A stretch of 60,266 nt of DNA from Fimbriimonadaceae bacterium. Lineage in GTDB: Bacteria; Armatimonadota; Fimbriimonadia; Fimbriimonadales; Fimbriimonadaceae. The position numbers were made by a program, and so were the translations under genes. The DNA lies in the NCBI GenBank assembly GCA_046597875.1, contig JBKJJL010000224.1, positions 1 through 60,266 of the forward strand. The letters are read 5' to 3'. Of the stretch, positions 26,703-36,200 are shown one piece after another. Numbering within the stretch: position 1 is the first letter of the stretch; every line of letters begins with the position of its first letter. Below the pieces are notes generated by a model. It did no database searches. It was not told the DNA's origin and saw nothing but the letters and a program-made list of their open reading frames with translations.

Positions 26703-27104
26703 CTAGGATTCGGCGCGCTTGAATCCGAGGCTCGCGCTATTGATGCAGTAGCGTAACCCAGTTGGCTCGGGCCCGTCGGGGAAGACATGGCCCAAATGAC
26801 CGTGGCAGGAGGCACACAGAACTTCGACCCGGCGCATTCCGTGCGTTGTATCAGAGCGCTCAAGGATGCGAGACTTGTCAACGCCCTCGTAGAAACTTGG
26901 CCATCCGCAACCGGAATCGAACTTCGCTTTGGATGTAAAGAGAACAACTCCGCATCCCTTGCAAACGTACTCGCCCGCGTCGTGGTTCTTATAGAACTCG
27001 CCCGTAAACGCGCGCTCGGTACCGGCTTCTCGAAGCACGCGAAACTCCTCGGGCGACAACTGGGCGCGCCACTCTTCGTCCGACTTTTCGACAACTGGTT
27101 CCAT
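26703..27104 (-). CDS. msrB: peptide-methionine (R)-S-oxide reductase
   Basis: Two CxxC pairs ([15 protein letters not shown]), plus GCGWPSF and RYCINS. Confidence 0.92.
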   Translation of the reverse strand: MEPVVEKSDEEWRAQLSPEEFRVLREAGTERAFTGEFYKNHDAGEYVCKGCGVVLFTSKAKFDSGCGWPSFYEGVDKSRILERSDTTHGMRRVEVLCASCHGHLGHVFPDGPEPTGLRYCINSASLGFKRAES

Positions 27105-27105
27105 T

Positions 27106-27915
27106 CTATTCGACCTTCAAAAGTTCAATACGTACGTAAAAGAACGAATCTGCGTCAACACCGGTTCGTTCACTGGCCATGAAGCCGATGCGGGGCGGTA
27201 TCGCGAGTTCGCGGACTCCACCGGCTTTCATGCCCTTAAGGCCGTCCTCGATCGTGTTCAACGCTTCCTGCTGACCAATCGTGAAGACGATGGGTTTACC
27301 CATGGTCTTGGTGTCTCGGGTGTCCTGCACGAGTTTCCCGTCGACTCCCCGGACCTGATAGTGGACCGTGCACTTGCTATCGTCCTTGACCGCAGCTCCG
27401 GTGCCGAGTTTCTCATCGAAGTGCCCGTACATTAGCTCTTCCCCAAGTTTGCTGACCTCCAAAACCTGGATCGTGAAGTAAAGGTCTGTATAGGGGGGAA
27501 TCTTCGGTGGGCGACCCTGCTCCCCGTAACCAAGTTTCCAGGGAATCGAAAGTTTTCGAACTCCGCCCGGCAACATTCCGAGCACGCCTTCTTCCCAGCC
27601 CTTAATGACGCCTCCTGCTCCGACTTGGAACGTCAATGGCTTCGCGTCGGGCTTGGTTTTGGGATCGTTTCCGTCGAACTCTGCGCCATCCTTGAAGGTG
27701 CCTGTATAGATAACCCAGATCGTATCGCCTTCCGCGATCGGCTTCATTTTAGGGTTGAATCGGTTGGGCTTGCCAACGATGACGTCGTCCTTGACAAGGG
27801 AGGTGAGACCACCCTTCGGAGCGTCAGCCGGCGCGGCTTCCTTTTTGTCGTCTTTACAACCAACCAGGCAAAGCGTCAGGGCGAGGGATCCGATAAAGAG
27901 TGTGCGCATAAGCAT
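27106..27915 (-). CDS. tandem FKBP-type peptidyl-prolyl cis-trans isomerase lipoprotein
   Basis: Lipobox LVGCKD. Two FKBP cores: [14 protein letters not shown]...[15 protein letters not shown]...GGVRKLSIP, and a second VHYQVRG...[16 protein letters not shown]...GGVRELAIP. Confidence 0.85.
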   Translation of the reverse strand: MLMRTLFIGSLALTLCLVGCKDDKKEAAPADAPKGGLTSLVKDDVIVGKPNRFNPKMKPIAEGDTIWVIYTGTFKDGAEFDGNDPKTKPDAKPLTFQVGAGGVIKGWEEGVLGMLPGGVRKLSIPWKLGYGEQGRPPKIPPYTDLYFTIQVLEVSKLGEELMYGHFDEKLGTGAAVKDDSKCTVHYQVRGVDGKLVQDTRDTKTMGKPIVFTIGQQEALNTIEDGLKGMKAGGVRELAIPPRIGFMASERTGVDADSFFYVRIELLKVE

Positions 27916-27983
27916 GAGCGGGCCGAATTCTACCCGTCAGGTTCAACACCCCTCGCCGGTACAATGTTCCCTCGCCCCTATTT

Positions 27984-28463
27984 ATGGCAAAGACTAAATC
28001 CAACAAACTGCCCGATGCGCCGAAAACGATTGTCAATCGGAAGGCTCGGTTCGACTTCGAGCTTCTACAAACGTACGAGGCCGGCGTCGTCCTGCTCGGC
28101 AGCGAAGTCAAGAGTGTCTGGTTGGGAAGGGTGAACATGGTCGACGCGTACTGCCATATTTCAAACAATGAAGCCTGGCTCGTGAACTTGGACATTGAGC
28201 CTTACACCCACGCAACAAACTATCAGCCCGAAAGGCGCCGCGACCGGAAGCTCTTGTTGCACCGCAAGGAAATCGCGCTCATCAATCGAAGGTCCAAGGA
28301 AAAGGGGCTGACGATCGTGCCGACAAAGATTTACTTCAATCACGGGAAAGTGAAGGTCGAGATCGCTTTGGCCAGAGGAAAACGGGAGTACGACAAGCGA
28401 CGCTCGCTGGCCGAGAAGGACACCCGGCGAGAAGTTGAACGTGCCCGATCGCGGCTTGACTAG
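27984..28463 (+). CDS. smpB: SsrA-binding protein
   Basis: NRKARFDFELLQTYEAGVVLLGSEVKS ... LLLHRKEI ... KGLTIVPTKIYF. Confidence 0.92.
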   Translation: MAKTKSNKLPDAPKTIVNRKARFDFELLQTYEAGVVLLGSEVKSVWLGRVNMVDAYCHISNNEAWLVNLDIEPYTHATNYQPERRRDRKLLLHRKEIALINRRSKEKGLTIVPTKIYFNHGKVKVEIALARGKREYDKRRSLAEKDTRREVERARSRLD

Positions 28464-28476
28464 GTACCGTAACTTA

Positions 28477-29952
28477 ATGGGAGACCCCCTTCAAATCATC
28501 GTTGGCTATAGTGATCGTCCAGTTGCGTTGCTCGCCAAGTATGGCAACCGGCACGGACTGATTACTGGCGCTACAGGTACAGGCAAGACGGTTACGCTGC
28601 AAACCCTTGCCGAGGGCTTTTCCGACCTCGGAACGTCCGTTTTCATGGCCGACGTCAAAGGCGACCTTTCCGGGATGTGCGCGGCCGGAGGCGGAAACCC
28701 AAAAATAGACGCCCGGCTGGAGCAGCTTGGCCTCAAGGATCGCCCCTTTGGGACGTACCCAGTTACCTTTTGGGACCTTTGGGGCGTACAGGGGCATCCG
28801 ATTCGTACCACCATCTCCGAGATGGGGCCGGTGCTGCTATCGCGGCTGATGGCCTTGAACGATGTCCAGGAAGGTGTTCTGAACCTCGCCTTCAAGCTCG
28901 CGGACGACGAGGGCTTGCTACTTCTCGACCTCAAAGACCTTCGCGCCATGTTGGTGTACGTCGCGGACCATGCTCAGGAGCTCACGCACGAGTACGGCAA
29001 CGTGAGCAGCGCAACGGTGGGGACCATTCAACGCAACCTCCTGGTTCTTGAACAGCAAGGCGCGGAGCAGTTCTTCGGAGAACCCGCCTTGGTGCTTGCT
29101 GACTTCATGCGAACAAGTGCGGACGGACGTGGGATGGTGAACATCCTGGCCGCCGACAAGCTGATGGAGAACCCGCGGCTTTACTCGACATTCCTGCTTT
29201 GGCTCTTGTCGGAGCTCTTCGAAGTGCTTCCCGAGGTTGGTGATGTCGATCATCCGAAGTTGGTTTTCTTCTTCGATGAGGCGCATCTCTTGTTTTCCGA
29301 TGCTAGCCCGGCACTCGTGCAAAAGGTTGAGCAGGTTGTTCGCCTGATTCGTTCGAAGGGTGTCGGCGTGTACTGGGTGACCCAGAATCCCCTCGACATT
29401 CCGGATTCCGTGCTCGGTCAGCTCGGCAATCGAGTTCAGCACGCGTTGCGTGCGTTCACTCCGCGTGATCAGAAGGCCGTTCAAACTGCGGCGGATACTT
29501 TCAGACCAAATCCTGCGTTCAAAACGTCAGAGAAAATCACCCAACTGGGAGTCGGCCAGGCGCTGGTCTCCTGTCTGATGGATGGCGGAATCCCGATGGA
29601 AGTTCAAGACTCGCTCATCGTCCCGCCTCGCTCACGAGTAGGACCTTGCGACCCGGGGACGCGACAGCAAACTTTCAACATGAGCACGCTGGGGGCAAAG
29701 TACGATAAGACGATTGATCGGGATTCCGCATACGAAGTCCTGAAGTCGAAGGCTGAGCAAGCCGCAGTCGTGACGCAGGAAGCTCAGCAAAGGGAGGAGA
29801 TCAAGCCCGCTCCGGAACGGCGCGCCCCTGCGCGGCGATCGGACAGCATCGTGGAATCCATGGCCAAGTCGGTTGTCAGATCGGCGGGATCTCAAATCGG
29901 GCGCTCTCTCGTGCGCGGGATTCTCGGCGGGCTATTCAAGGGCCGACGCTGA
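28477..29952 (+). CDS. HerA-like / DUF853 family P-loop ATPase (YjgR-like)
   Basis: Start at MGDPLQIIVGY. NRHGLITGATGTGKTVTLQTLAEGFSDLGTSVFMADVKGDLSGM (Walker A) and KLVFFFDEAHLLF (Walker B). Confidence 0.85.
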   Translation: MGDPLQIIVGYSDRPVALLAKYGNRHGLITGATGTGKTVTLQTLAEGFSDLGTSVFMADVKGDLSGMCAAGGGNPKIDARLEQLGLKDRPFGTYPVTFWDLWGVQGHPIRTTISEMGPVLLSRLMALNDVQEGVLNLAFKLADDEGLLLLDLKDLRAMLVYVADHAQELTHEYGNVSSATVGTIQRNLLVLEQQGAEQFFGEPALVLADFMRTSADGRGMVNILAADKLMENPRLYSTFLLWLLSELFEVLPEVGDVDHPKLVFFFDEAHLLFSDASPALVQKVEQVVRLIRSKGVGVYWVTQNPLDIPDSVLGQLGNRVQHALRAFTPRDQKAVQTAADTFRPNPAFKTSEKITQLGVGQALVSCLMDGGIPMEVQDSLIVPPRSRVGPCDPGTRQQTFNMSTLGAKYDKTIDRDSAYEVLKSKAEQAAVVTQEAQQREEIKPAPERRAPARRSDSIVESMAKSVVRSAGSQIGRSLVRGILGGLFKGRR

Positions 29953-30245
29953 TGATGGAGGTTCTCTGGAGCCTCGTTAAGGAGATTCCCGCCGGTCGTT
30001 GTGCCACTTATGGCGAACTTGGGCGCGCCTTGCCCAACCCGGTGAGCGGGAAGATTATCGGAGGATGGATGGCCCAGGCGCCCGAGGGGGTGCCTTGGTG
30101 GAGGGTCATTGCGAAGGCGGGCGGGTTCCCGATCGCCAAGCGCGATCCGAGTTTGGGGCTAACGCAACGGCAGCTTTTGGAGCAAGAAGGCGTTCCATTC
30201 GTAGGCGATGTCGTTGACCTCACGAAATGCGAGTGGACATGCTAG
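29952..30245 (+). CDS. alkyltransferase-like (ATL) protein, MGMT-family DNA-binding domain lacking the acceptor Cys
   Basis: IPAGRCATYGELGRAL... The active-site PCHRV is replaced by PWWRVI, as in Atl1/YbaZ-type ATLs. The start ATG overlaps the stop of the upstream ATPase (TGATGATG). Confidence 0.75.
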   Translation: MMEVLWSLVKEIPAGRCATYGELGRALPNPVSGKIIGGWMAQAPEGVPWWRVIAKAGGFPIAKRDPSLGLTQRQLLEQEGVPFVGDVVDLTKCEWTC

Positions 30246-30257
30246 ACTTCAAAAATC

Positions 30258-32501
30258 ATGCTTGCATTGCTTGCTGCAACTCTCTTGGCTGCGCCGAATG
30301 ACCTCGCTGAGGCCTACAAACGTGCGGATGCACTCCCGGCATTGACGCGCGGGAAGGCGTTGAACCTGACCCTCGCGCCTAACTGGATTGGGACGGACGC
30401 ACTTTGGTATCGGGCAGAACGGAAAAACGGAGGGAGCGAGTACATCGTTGCCACGCTGAACGGATCCAAGCGGCCCCTCTTCGACCACACTCGCTTGGCC
30501 GACGCTTTGGCAAAGTTGGGGACGGAGAAGGTTGATTCCGCGAAACTTGCCCTTACGAACTTGGAGGTCGCTGGGGACCTTAACTCAATGGCGTTCACTT
30601 ACGCCACTAAGCGGTACACCGTCAGCTTCTCGGATTACGTTGTGAAGTTATCGGGAACGCAGAGCACGGTCCAAGAAGCGGCGTCCGAAGTGCCGGACGA
30701 GGAAGCCACGTTCACCGAGTTTCCCGTTCCGCGAGCAGGAGCCACGCTCAGCCAGCAAACCCCGCGGAGCAACGACTCCCCTGACGGTAAATGGACCGTT
30801 GCTGTCGCTGATGGCGTCGTCAAAGTGACGCCGAAAGCGGGTGGAGATGCGATCACCCTTTCCCAAACGCCAGGATTCACGCAAGCGCGTTGGTCGAGAG
30901 ATTCGAGATATCTTGTCGGGATGCGTCTGCTTCAAGGCGAGCGCAAACAAGTTCATCTATTGGCCTCTTCGCAACGTGCGGCGACCCGGGCCCAGCTTCA
31001 GAGTCGGTTCTACGATCAACCGGGAGATGTTCTGGATCGCTACGAACCGTACGTGTTCGATGTCGCCGCGAAAACCGAGAAAAAAGTGGACGTCGAACCC
31101 ATCATGGGCGGCGGGCAACCTTGGGCGGGCCCTCCCGGAGTGGATATGCGCGACGGGCGTTTCATGATGGACTACCCCGAGCGCGGTTATCAGAGGTTCC
31201 ACGTCGTCCAGGTCGATTTCGCAACTGCAAAGGCAACCCATTTGGTCGACGAATCTTCACCGACGTTCTTTGACAATACGAACGCGATTCTACGGGTCAT
31301 TGAGCCTTCGAATGAACTCCTCTGGCGTTCCGAACGTGACGGTTGGGGCCATCTGTACTTGTTAGATGGAACGACGGGAGCGGTCAAGAATCAGGTCACG
31401 AAAGGTGACTGGGTAGTCCGCTCCGTTGATAACGTCGACGAGAAAGAGCGAACCCTGACCTTTATGGCAAACGGTCGTGAACCGGGCGATCCTTACCTGC
31501 AATACCTGTACCGGGCAAACTTGGATGGCACCGATCTAAAGGTGCTGACTCCAGGACAGGGCAACCACCGGGTGGTCTGGGCGCGGGATCGAAAGAGCTT
31601 CATTGACACCTATTCTCAAATCAACGTGCCGCCCGTTCACGAATGGCGAAGGGCGGATGGAACCCTCGTCTCTGAACTGGAGAAGGCGGACATAAGCGGT
31701 CTTGCCGAGTTCAAGTTGAAACCTGCCGAACCATTCGTCGCAAAGGGCCGCGATGGAACCACCGACATTTGGGGCATCGTCGTAAAACCCACGAACTTTG
31801 ACCGGCGCAAGAAGTATCCGGTGATCGAGAACATCTACGCGGGACCGCATGATTCACACGTGCCCAAAACATACTTCCCGCTTTTGCGGATGCAGCGGCT
31901 TGCCGAGTTAGGATTCATCGTCGTCCAGATTGACGGCATGGGCACTCGAAATCGGGGCAAGAAGTTTCACGATGTTTGTTGGCAGAACCTCGCCGACGCA
32001 GGATTTCCGGATCGTATTTCCTGGATGAAAGCCTTGGCCGCCAAGGATAAATCGGTTGATATCTCGCGGGTGGGCGTCTACGGAACCTCGGCCGGGGGCC
32101 AGAATGCCGCCGCAGCTCTCCTGTTCCACCCGGACTTTTACAAGGTTGGCGTCGCCTCATGCGGGTGCCACGATAACCGGATCGACAAGCAGTGGTGGAA
32201 CGAGCAATGGATGGGCTACCCGGTGGGCCCGCATTATGCGAAGCAGTCGAATATTGATAACGCGGGGAACTTGAAAGGGAAGTTGCTCTTGATCGTTGGC
32301 GAACTCGATCGCAACGTGCCTCCAGAGTCAACGATCCGCTTTGCGGATGCTTTGCAGAAGGCGAAGAAAGAGTTTGATTTTGTCGTCATTCCGGGCGCTG
32401 ACCACACCGACGGAGGGGATTACGGCGAACGCAAGCGCAGAGATTTCTTCGTGCGGTGGCTGCTGGGTAAGGAGCCGCCAGAGTGGAACTCGGCAAAGTG
32501 A
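30258..32501 (+). CDS. S9 family peptidase, dipeptidyl-peptidase IV-like
   Basis: 747 aa with a signal-like N-terminus, a DPP-IV-type propeller half and a C-terminal hydrolase with GVYGTSAGGQNA, ...GELDRNV... and GADH. Confidence 0.85.
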   Translation: MLALLAATLLAAPNDLAEAYKRADALPALTRGKALNLTLAPNWIGTDALWYRAERKNGGSEYIVATLNGSKRPLFDHTRLADALAKLGTEKVDSAKLALTNLEVAGDLNSMAFTYATKRYTVSFSDYVVKLSGTQSTVQEAASEVPDEEATFTEFPVPRAGATLSQQTPRSNDSPDGKWTVAVADGVVKVTPKAGGDAITLSQTPGFTQARWSRDSRYLVGMRLLQGERKQVHLLASSQRAATRAQLQSRFYDQPGDVLDRYEPYVFDVAAKTEKKVDVEPIMGGGQPWAGPPGVDMRDGRFMMDYPERGYQRFHVVQVDFATAKATHLVDESSPTFFDNTNAILRVIEPSNELLWRSERDGWGHLYLLDGTTGAVKNQVTKGDWVVRSVDNVDEKERTLTFMANGREPGDPYLQYLYRANLDGTDLKVLTPGQGNHRVVWARDRKSFIDTYSQINVPPVHEWRRADGTLVSELEKADISGLAEFKLKPAEPFVAKGRDGTTDIWGIVVKPTNFDRRKKYPVIENIYAGPHDSHVPKTYFPLLRMQRLAELGFIVVQIDGMGTRNRGKKFHDVCWQNLADAGFPDRISWMKALAAKDKSVDISRVGVYGTSAGGQNAAAALLFHPDFYKVGVASCGCHDNRIDKQWWNEQWMGYPVGPHYAKQSNIDNAGNLKGKLLLIVGELDRNVPPESTIRFADALQKAKKEFDFVVIPGADHTDGGDYGERKRRDFFVRWLLGKEPPEWNSAK

Positions 32502-32515
32502 CACCACGAAGCTCC

Positions 32516-33256
32516 ATGAGGGAAGACCGCGTGTTTAGCGAGCAGGAAGTCGCCGAGATCATGCGGCGAGCGGTGACACTTCAGGAGACCGCTAAGGAAG
32601 GCGGCGCCGAATACCGACCGGGTGTTACCAAGGCCGAACTCCAACGTGCGGCGAAGGAAATGGGGGTTGATCCCGCATTCTTGGAACAAGCGATTCTTGA
32701 GAAGCTTGACGGTGTTCCCGCCAAGCATCATGGCTACTTGCCCGAGGAGCAACGCGTCGTGGAGGGCGAACTCGACCCTGCCGACTTTGACATCATCCTC
32801 GATCAAATTAAGACCCGAGCACGAAGCCGGAATCCGATTACCCAGGTTGGCAGAAGCCTGCGAGGGCAAACGTTTACCGGCTCGGGGCTCGCAAATCTGG
32901 AAATCACTTCTCGAAACGGCCGCACTCGGATTAACCTGAAGCCGTTTCCGGTATTTGAGATTTTGGGGACTTTCTATCCCGCGTTCCTGGTCAGCATGAT
33001 AGCGGGTGGTTCACTCGCCCAGCATGGCATGGGTGGCATCGCGACCGCGGTGGCGGGCGGCGCGTTTGGGCTGGCCATTCTCGGATTTCGACAGTGGATA
33101 TCGAAGTCTCGCGAGGCGACGGCCCGGCTGGCGGACAAATTGCAAAGCGCGGTCAGCGATCATGTTGGGAAAGACTTGCGAGAGAACTTGGGCGCCGTGC
33201 CTGCCGCCGAGGAATCTAAGGAGAACGCGGACATCGAACAAAATCAATCCACCTAG
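32516..33256 (+). CDS. hypothetical membrane protein
   Basis: Start at MREDRVFSEQEVAEIMRRA. Two TM helices near residues 160-215. The N-terminal module is paralogous to that of 25085..25519. Confidence 0.5.
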   Translation: MREDRVFSEQEVAEIMRRAVTLQETAKEGGAEYRPGVTKAELQRAAKEMGVDPAFLEQAILEKLDGVPAKHHGYLPEEQRVVEGELDPADFDIILDQIKTRARSRNPITQVGRSLRGQTFTGSGLANLEITSRNGRTRINLKPFPVFEILGTFYPAFLVSMIAGGSLAQHGMGGIATAVAGGAFGLAILGFRQWISKSREATARLADKLQSAVSDHVGKDLRENLGAVPAAEESKENADIEQNQST

Positions 33257-33278
33257 CGACCAAGGTAAAACGCATCCC

Positions 33279-36200
33279 ATGCGTCGCTGGCTCTTGTTGT
33301 CGCTCCTCCTCTCGTCCCTTGTCCAAGCGGACAAGATTCCTTCGCCAAAGGAGTTTCTCGGACACGACGTTTGCGAAGACTATTATCTCGCGAACTACCA
33401 AGAACTGACGGCCTACTGGAATGAGCTCGACAAGCGGAGCGATCGCTTGAGCGTTGAGAGCATCGGCAAGACGGAGGACGGACGCGATCAGCTGATGTGT
33501 GTGATCACCGACCCTGGAAACCGGCGCAACTTGCAGAGTTACCGCAAAGCCAGTGAGCGACTTGCCCGAGCAAAGGACTTCAAGAACGACGACGACGCGC
33601 GGAACTTCGCTCGCAAACAGAAGGCGATTATCTGGATCGATGGTGGGCTCCATGCCAGCGAGGTCTTGGTCGCGCAGCAGCTCATCGAAATGGCCTACCG
33701 GCTAACGACCGCGCAGGACGCGGAAACAAAGCGCATCCTGATGGACTGCGTGATCCTCCTCGCCCACGCGAACCCGGATGGTCACGACTGGGTCGCCGAC
33801 CACTATATGCGCCGATCAGACCCAAAAACTCGAAGCGCGGCGGGCTTGCCTTTTTTGTACCAGAAGTACTGCGGCCACGATAATAACCGCGATTTTTACG
33901 CCAACAACATGGCGGAAACCCGCAACATCAACCGGATTTTGTACTCGACCTGGTATCCGCAGATTGTTTACAACCACCACCAAAGCGCGCCGGCGGGGAC
34001 GATCATGTTCGTCCCTCCGTTTCGGAACCCCTTTAACTACCATATGGACCCCATGACCGCGATCGCCACCGATCTCGTGGGCACCCACATGCACCAGCGC
34101 ATGATCGCGGAAGGGAAGGCCGGTACCGCGATGCGAGGCTCAACGCTGTACTCCACGTGGTGGAATGGCGGCCTGCGGACGACGACCTATTTCCATAACA
34201 TGATCGGAATCTTGACCGAGACGTGGGGCTCGCCCAATCCCGGCCTTTTACCTTTCGTTCAGAGATTTCAGATTCCTTCAACTGACGTTCCATTTCCGGT
34301 GGAAGCGGGGAAGATGTGGCATTTGCGGGATTCCTTGGAATACGAGATCTCCGCGAACTATGCGATTTTGGATTACGCATCGCGCTATCGGGAGAGGTTG
34401 TTGTTTGACTTTTACCGGGCCGGGCGGAACTCGATTGAGAGGGGCTCGAAGGACACGTGGTCGCGCTATCCTTCTCGGCTCACGGCAGGCGGCGCGGAAT
34501 CGCTGAAGAAGGCCGAGAATCGCGACGCAAGGATGTATGTGATCCCTTCGAACCAACCCGATTTCCCGACCGCGTGCAAGTTCGTGGAAAAGTTGATGCA
34601 ATGCGGAATCGAAGTGGAGCGGATCGTGGACAGTGGCACGTCCGTCTCGGGCGTGGAATCCGGAGAGTTTCGGGTGGTGACTTCCGCAAGCAGTGGCACC
34701 GGCGTCCCGCCCGTGCGTACCACGTCCGTCCCGGGCCTGGAATCCGGAAGGCAGGACCGGGACGATCCGGCTACGCATGACCGGGACGGTCATGCCACTT
34801 GGCCGGTTGGGTCTTTTGTTATTCGGTGCGATCAGGCCTTCCGACCCCACATCCTCGACATGTTCGAGCCACAGGACCACCCAAACGACTTCCAATATCC
34901 GGGCGGCCCCCCGATTCCACCGTACGACAACGCGGGATACACCTTGGCTTACCAAATGGGAGTTAGGTTCTATAGGGTCCTCGAAAATGTACTGGTTCTC
35001 ACCGAAAGGGTCATCGAGGTTCCTCGAATCGCAAAGTTCGGGGCGCAAGAGACTCCGACACGCATTATCTTTCCCTCAGGTGAGCTCAGTGCTTTCGCAG
35101 CCGTGAACGTCGCCCTCAAGCAAGGGCTTCATGTCACTGACGCCCGAGCATTCGATCCTACGATTCGCGGTGCAAAAGGGTGGCTGAATGTTTTTGGGGA
35201 GTCTTCAGCCTTGAAGAAGTATGTCGACAATCTAAAGGGAGGAAGTGTTGGAGCCCTATTCGAGTACTGCGGGACTGAGTCGCCAGAAGCCAAGCTCGAA
35301 TCGGAAAGGTACTTTGCATTGATCAGCGCGCGCGATAAGGCTCAACCATGGCCAAATCCCATCGGAGAGCAGTCACCGGAGGTGGCACTGATGAAAAAGC
35401 CCCGCGTAGCTCTCTGGGATCGGTACGGCGGCTCAATGGAATCCGGATGGACCCGATACGTCCTTGAGCAGTTCGCGTTTGATTTCGACGTCGTGTTTCC
35501 GCCCGACCTCGATATGGGCGACTTGAACAGCAAGTACGACTGCATCATCCTGCCGAACCTCGCCGTTCCCGGGCCAGGAGGGCGCGTCGTTGGTACCGGC
35601 CCTGGGGGAGAAACAGGGGAGGACGATCCGGAACCCTCTCTATTCCCAAGGGAGACGGTCGGCGATGGCTCGCTCGCCGGGGTCAGGGTTGGGCCTTGGT
35701 TGCCTTCGCAGTGGATCTCGGGCCTTGATAGCCCTTCTCCCTTGGAAAGAGAGCAGGGGAGCCCGGTTTCCGAAACCCTCTCTCTTCCCAAGGGAGAGGG
35801 TCGGGGATGGCTCGTGCCCCGGGGTGAGGGTTGGCTTCCAACGTCCTTTGCTTCCTTTGAACAAGGAGTAATCGCGAGCCACCCCTCCTCCCCCAGCCCC
35901 TTCTCCCCTGGGAGGAGAGAAGGGGAGGCCGGAGCTGCCTTCCAAGGCGGCGGTGGAGCGCAACCTCAATCTCTCGCGCAAGACCCAACAATTCCGTACT
36001 TCTATCGCCGACGCATTGGCACCATCGGCGAAAAGACCATCAAGGAACTTCGCAAGTTTGTCGAAAACGGAGGGCATCTACTCTGTATCGGGTCAAGCTC
36101 AATCAACATCGCTCGTCAACTCAAGCTGCCCGTCGAGAGCGCTCTCGTGGATGACAAGGGCGTGGCCCTGCCCAATACGAAGTTCTACATTCCCGGATCT

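Noticed and set aside
27916-27983. A tmRNA (ssrA) gene next to smpB.
   Set aside because: The flanking spacers are only 68 bp and 13 bp, too short for a ~350-nt tmRNA. No tRNA-like acceptor end was seen.
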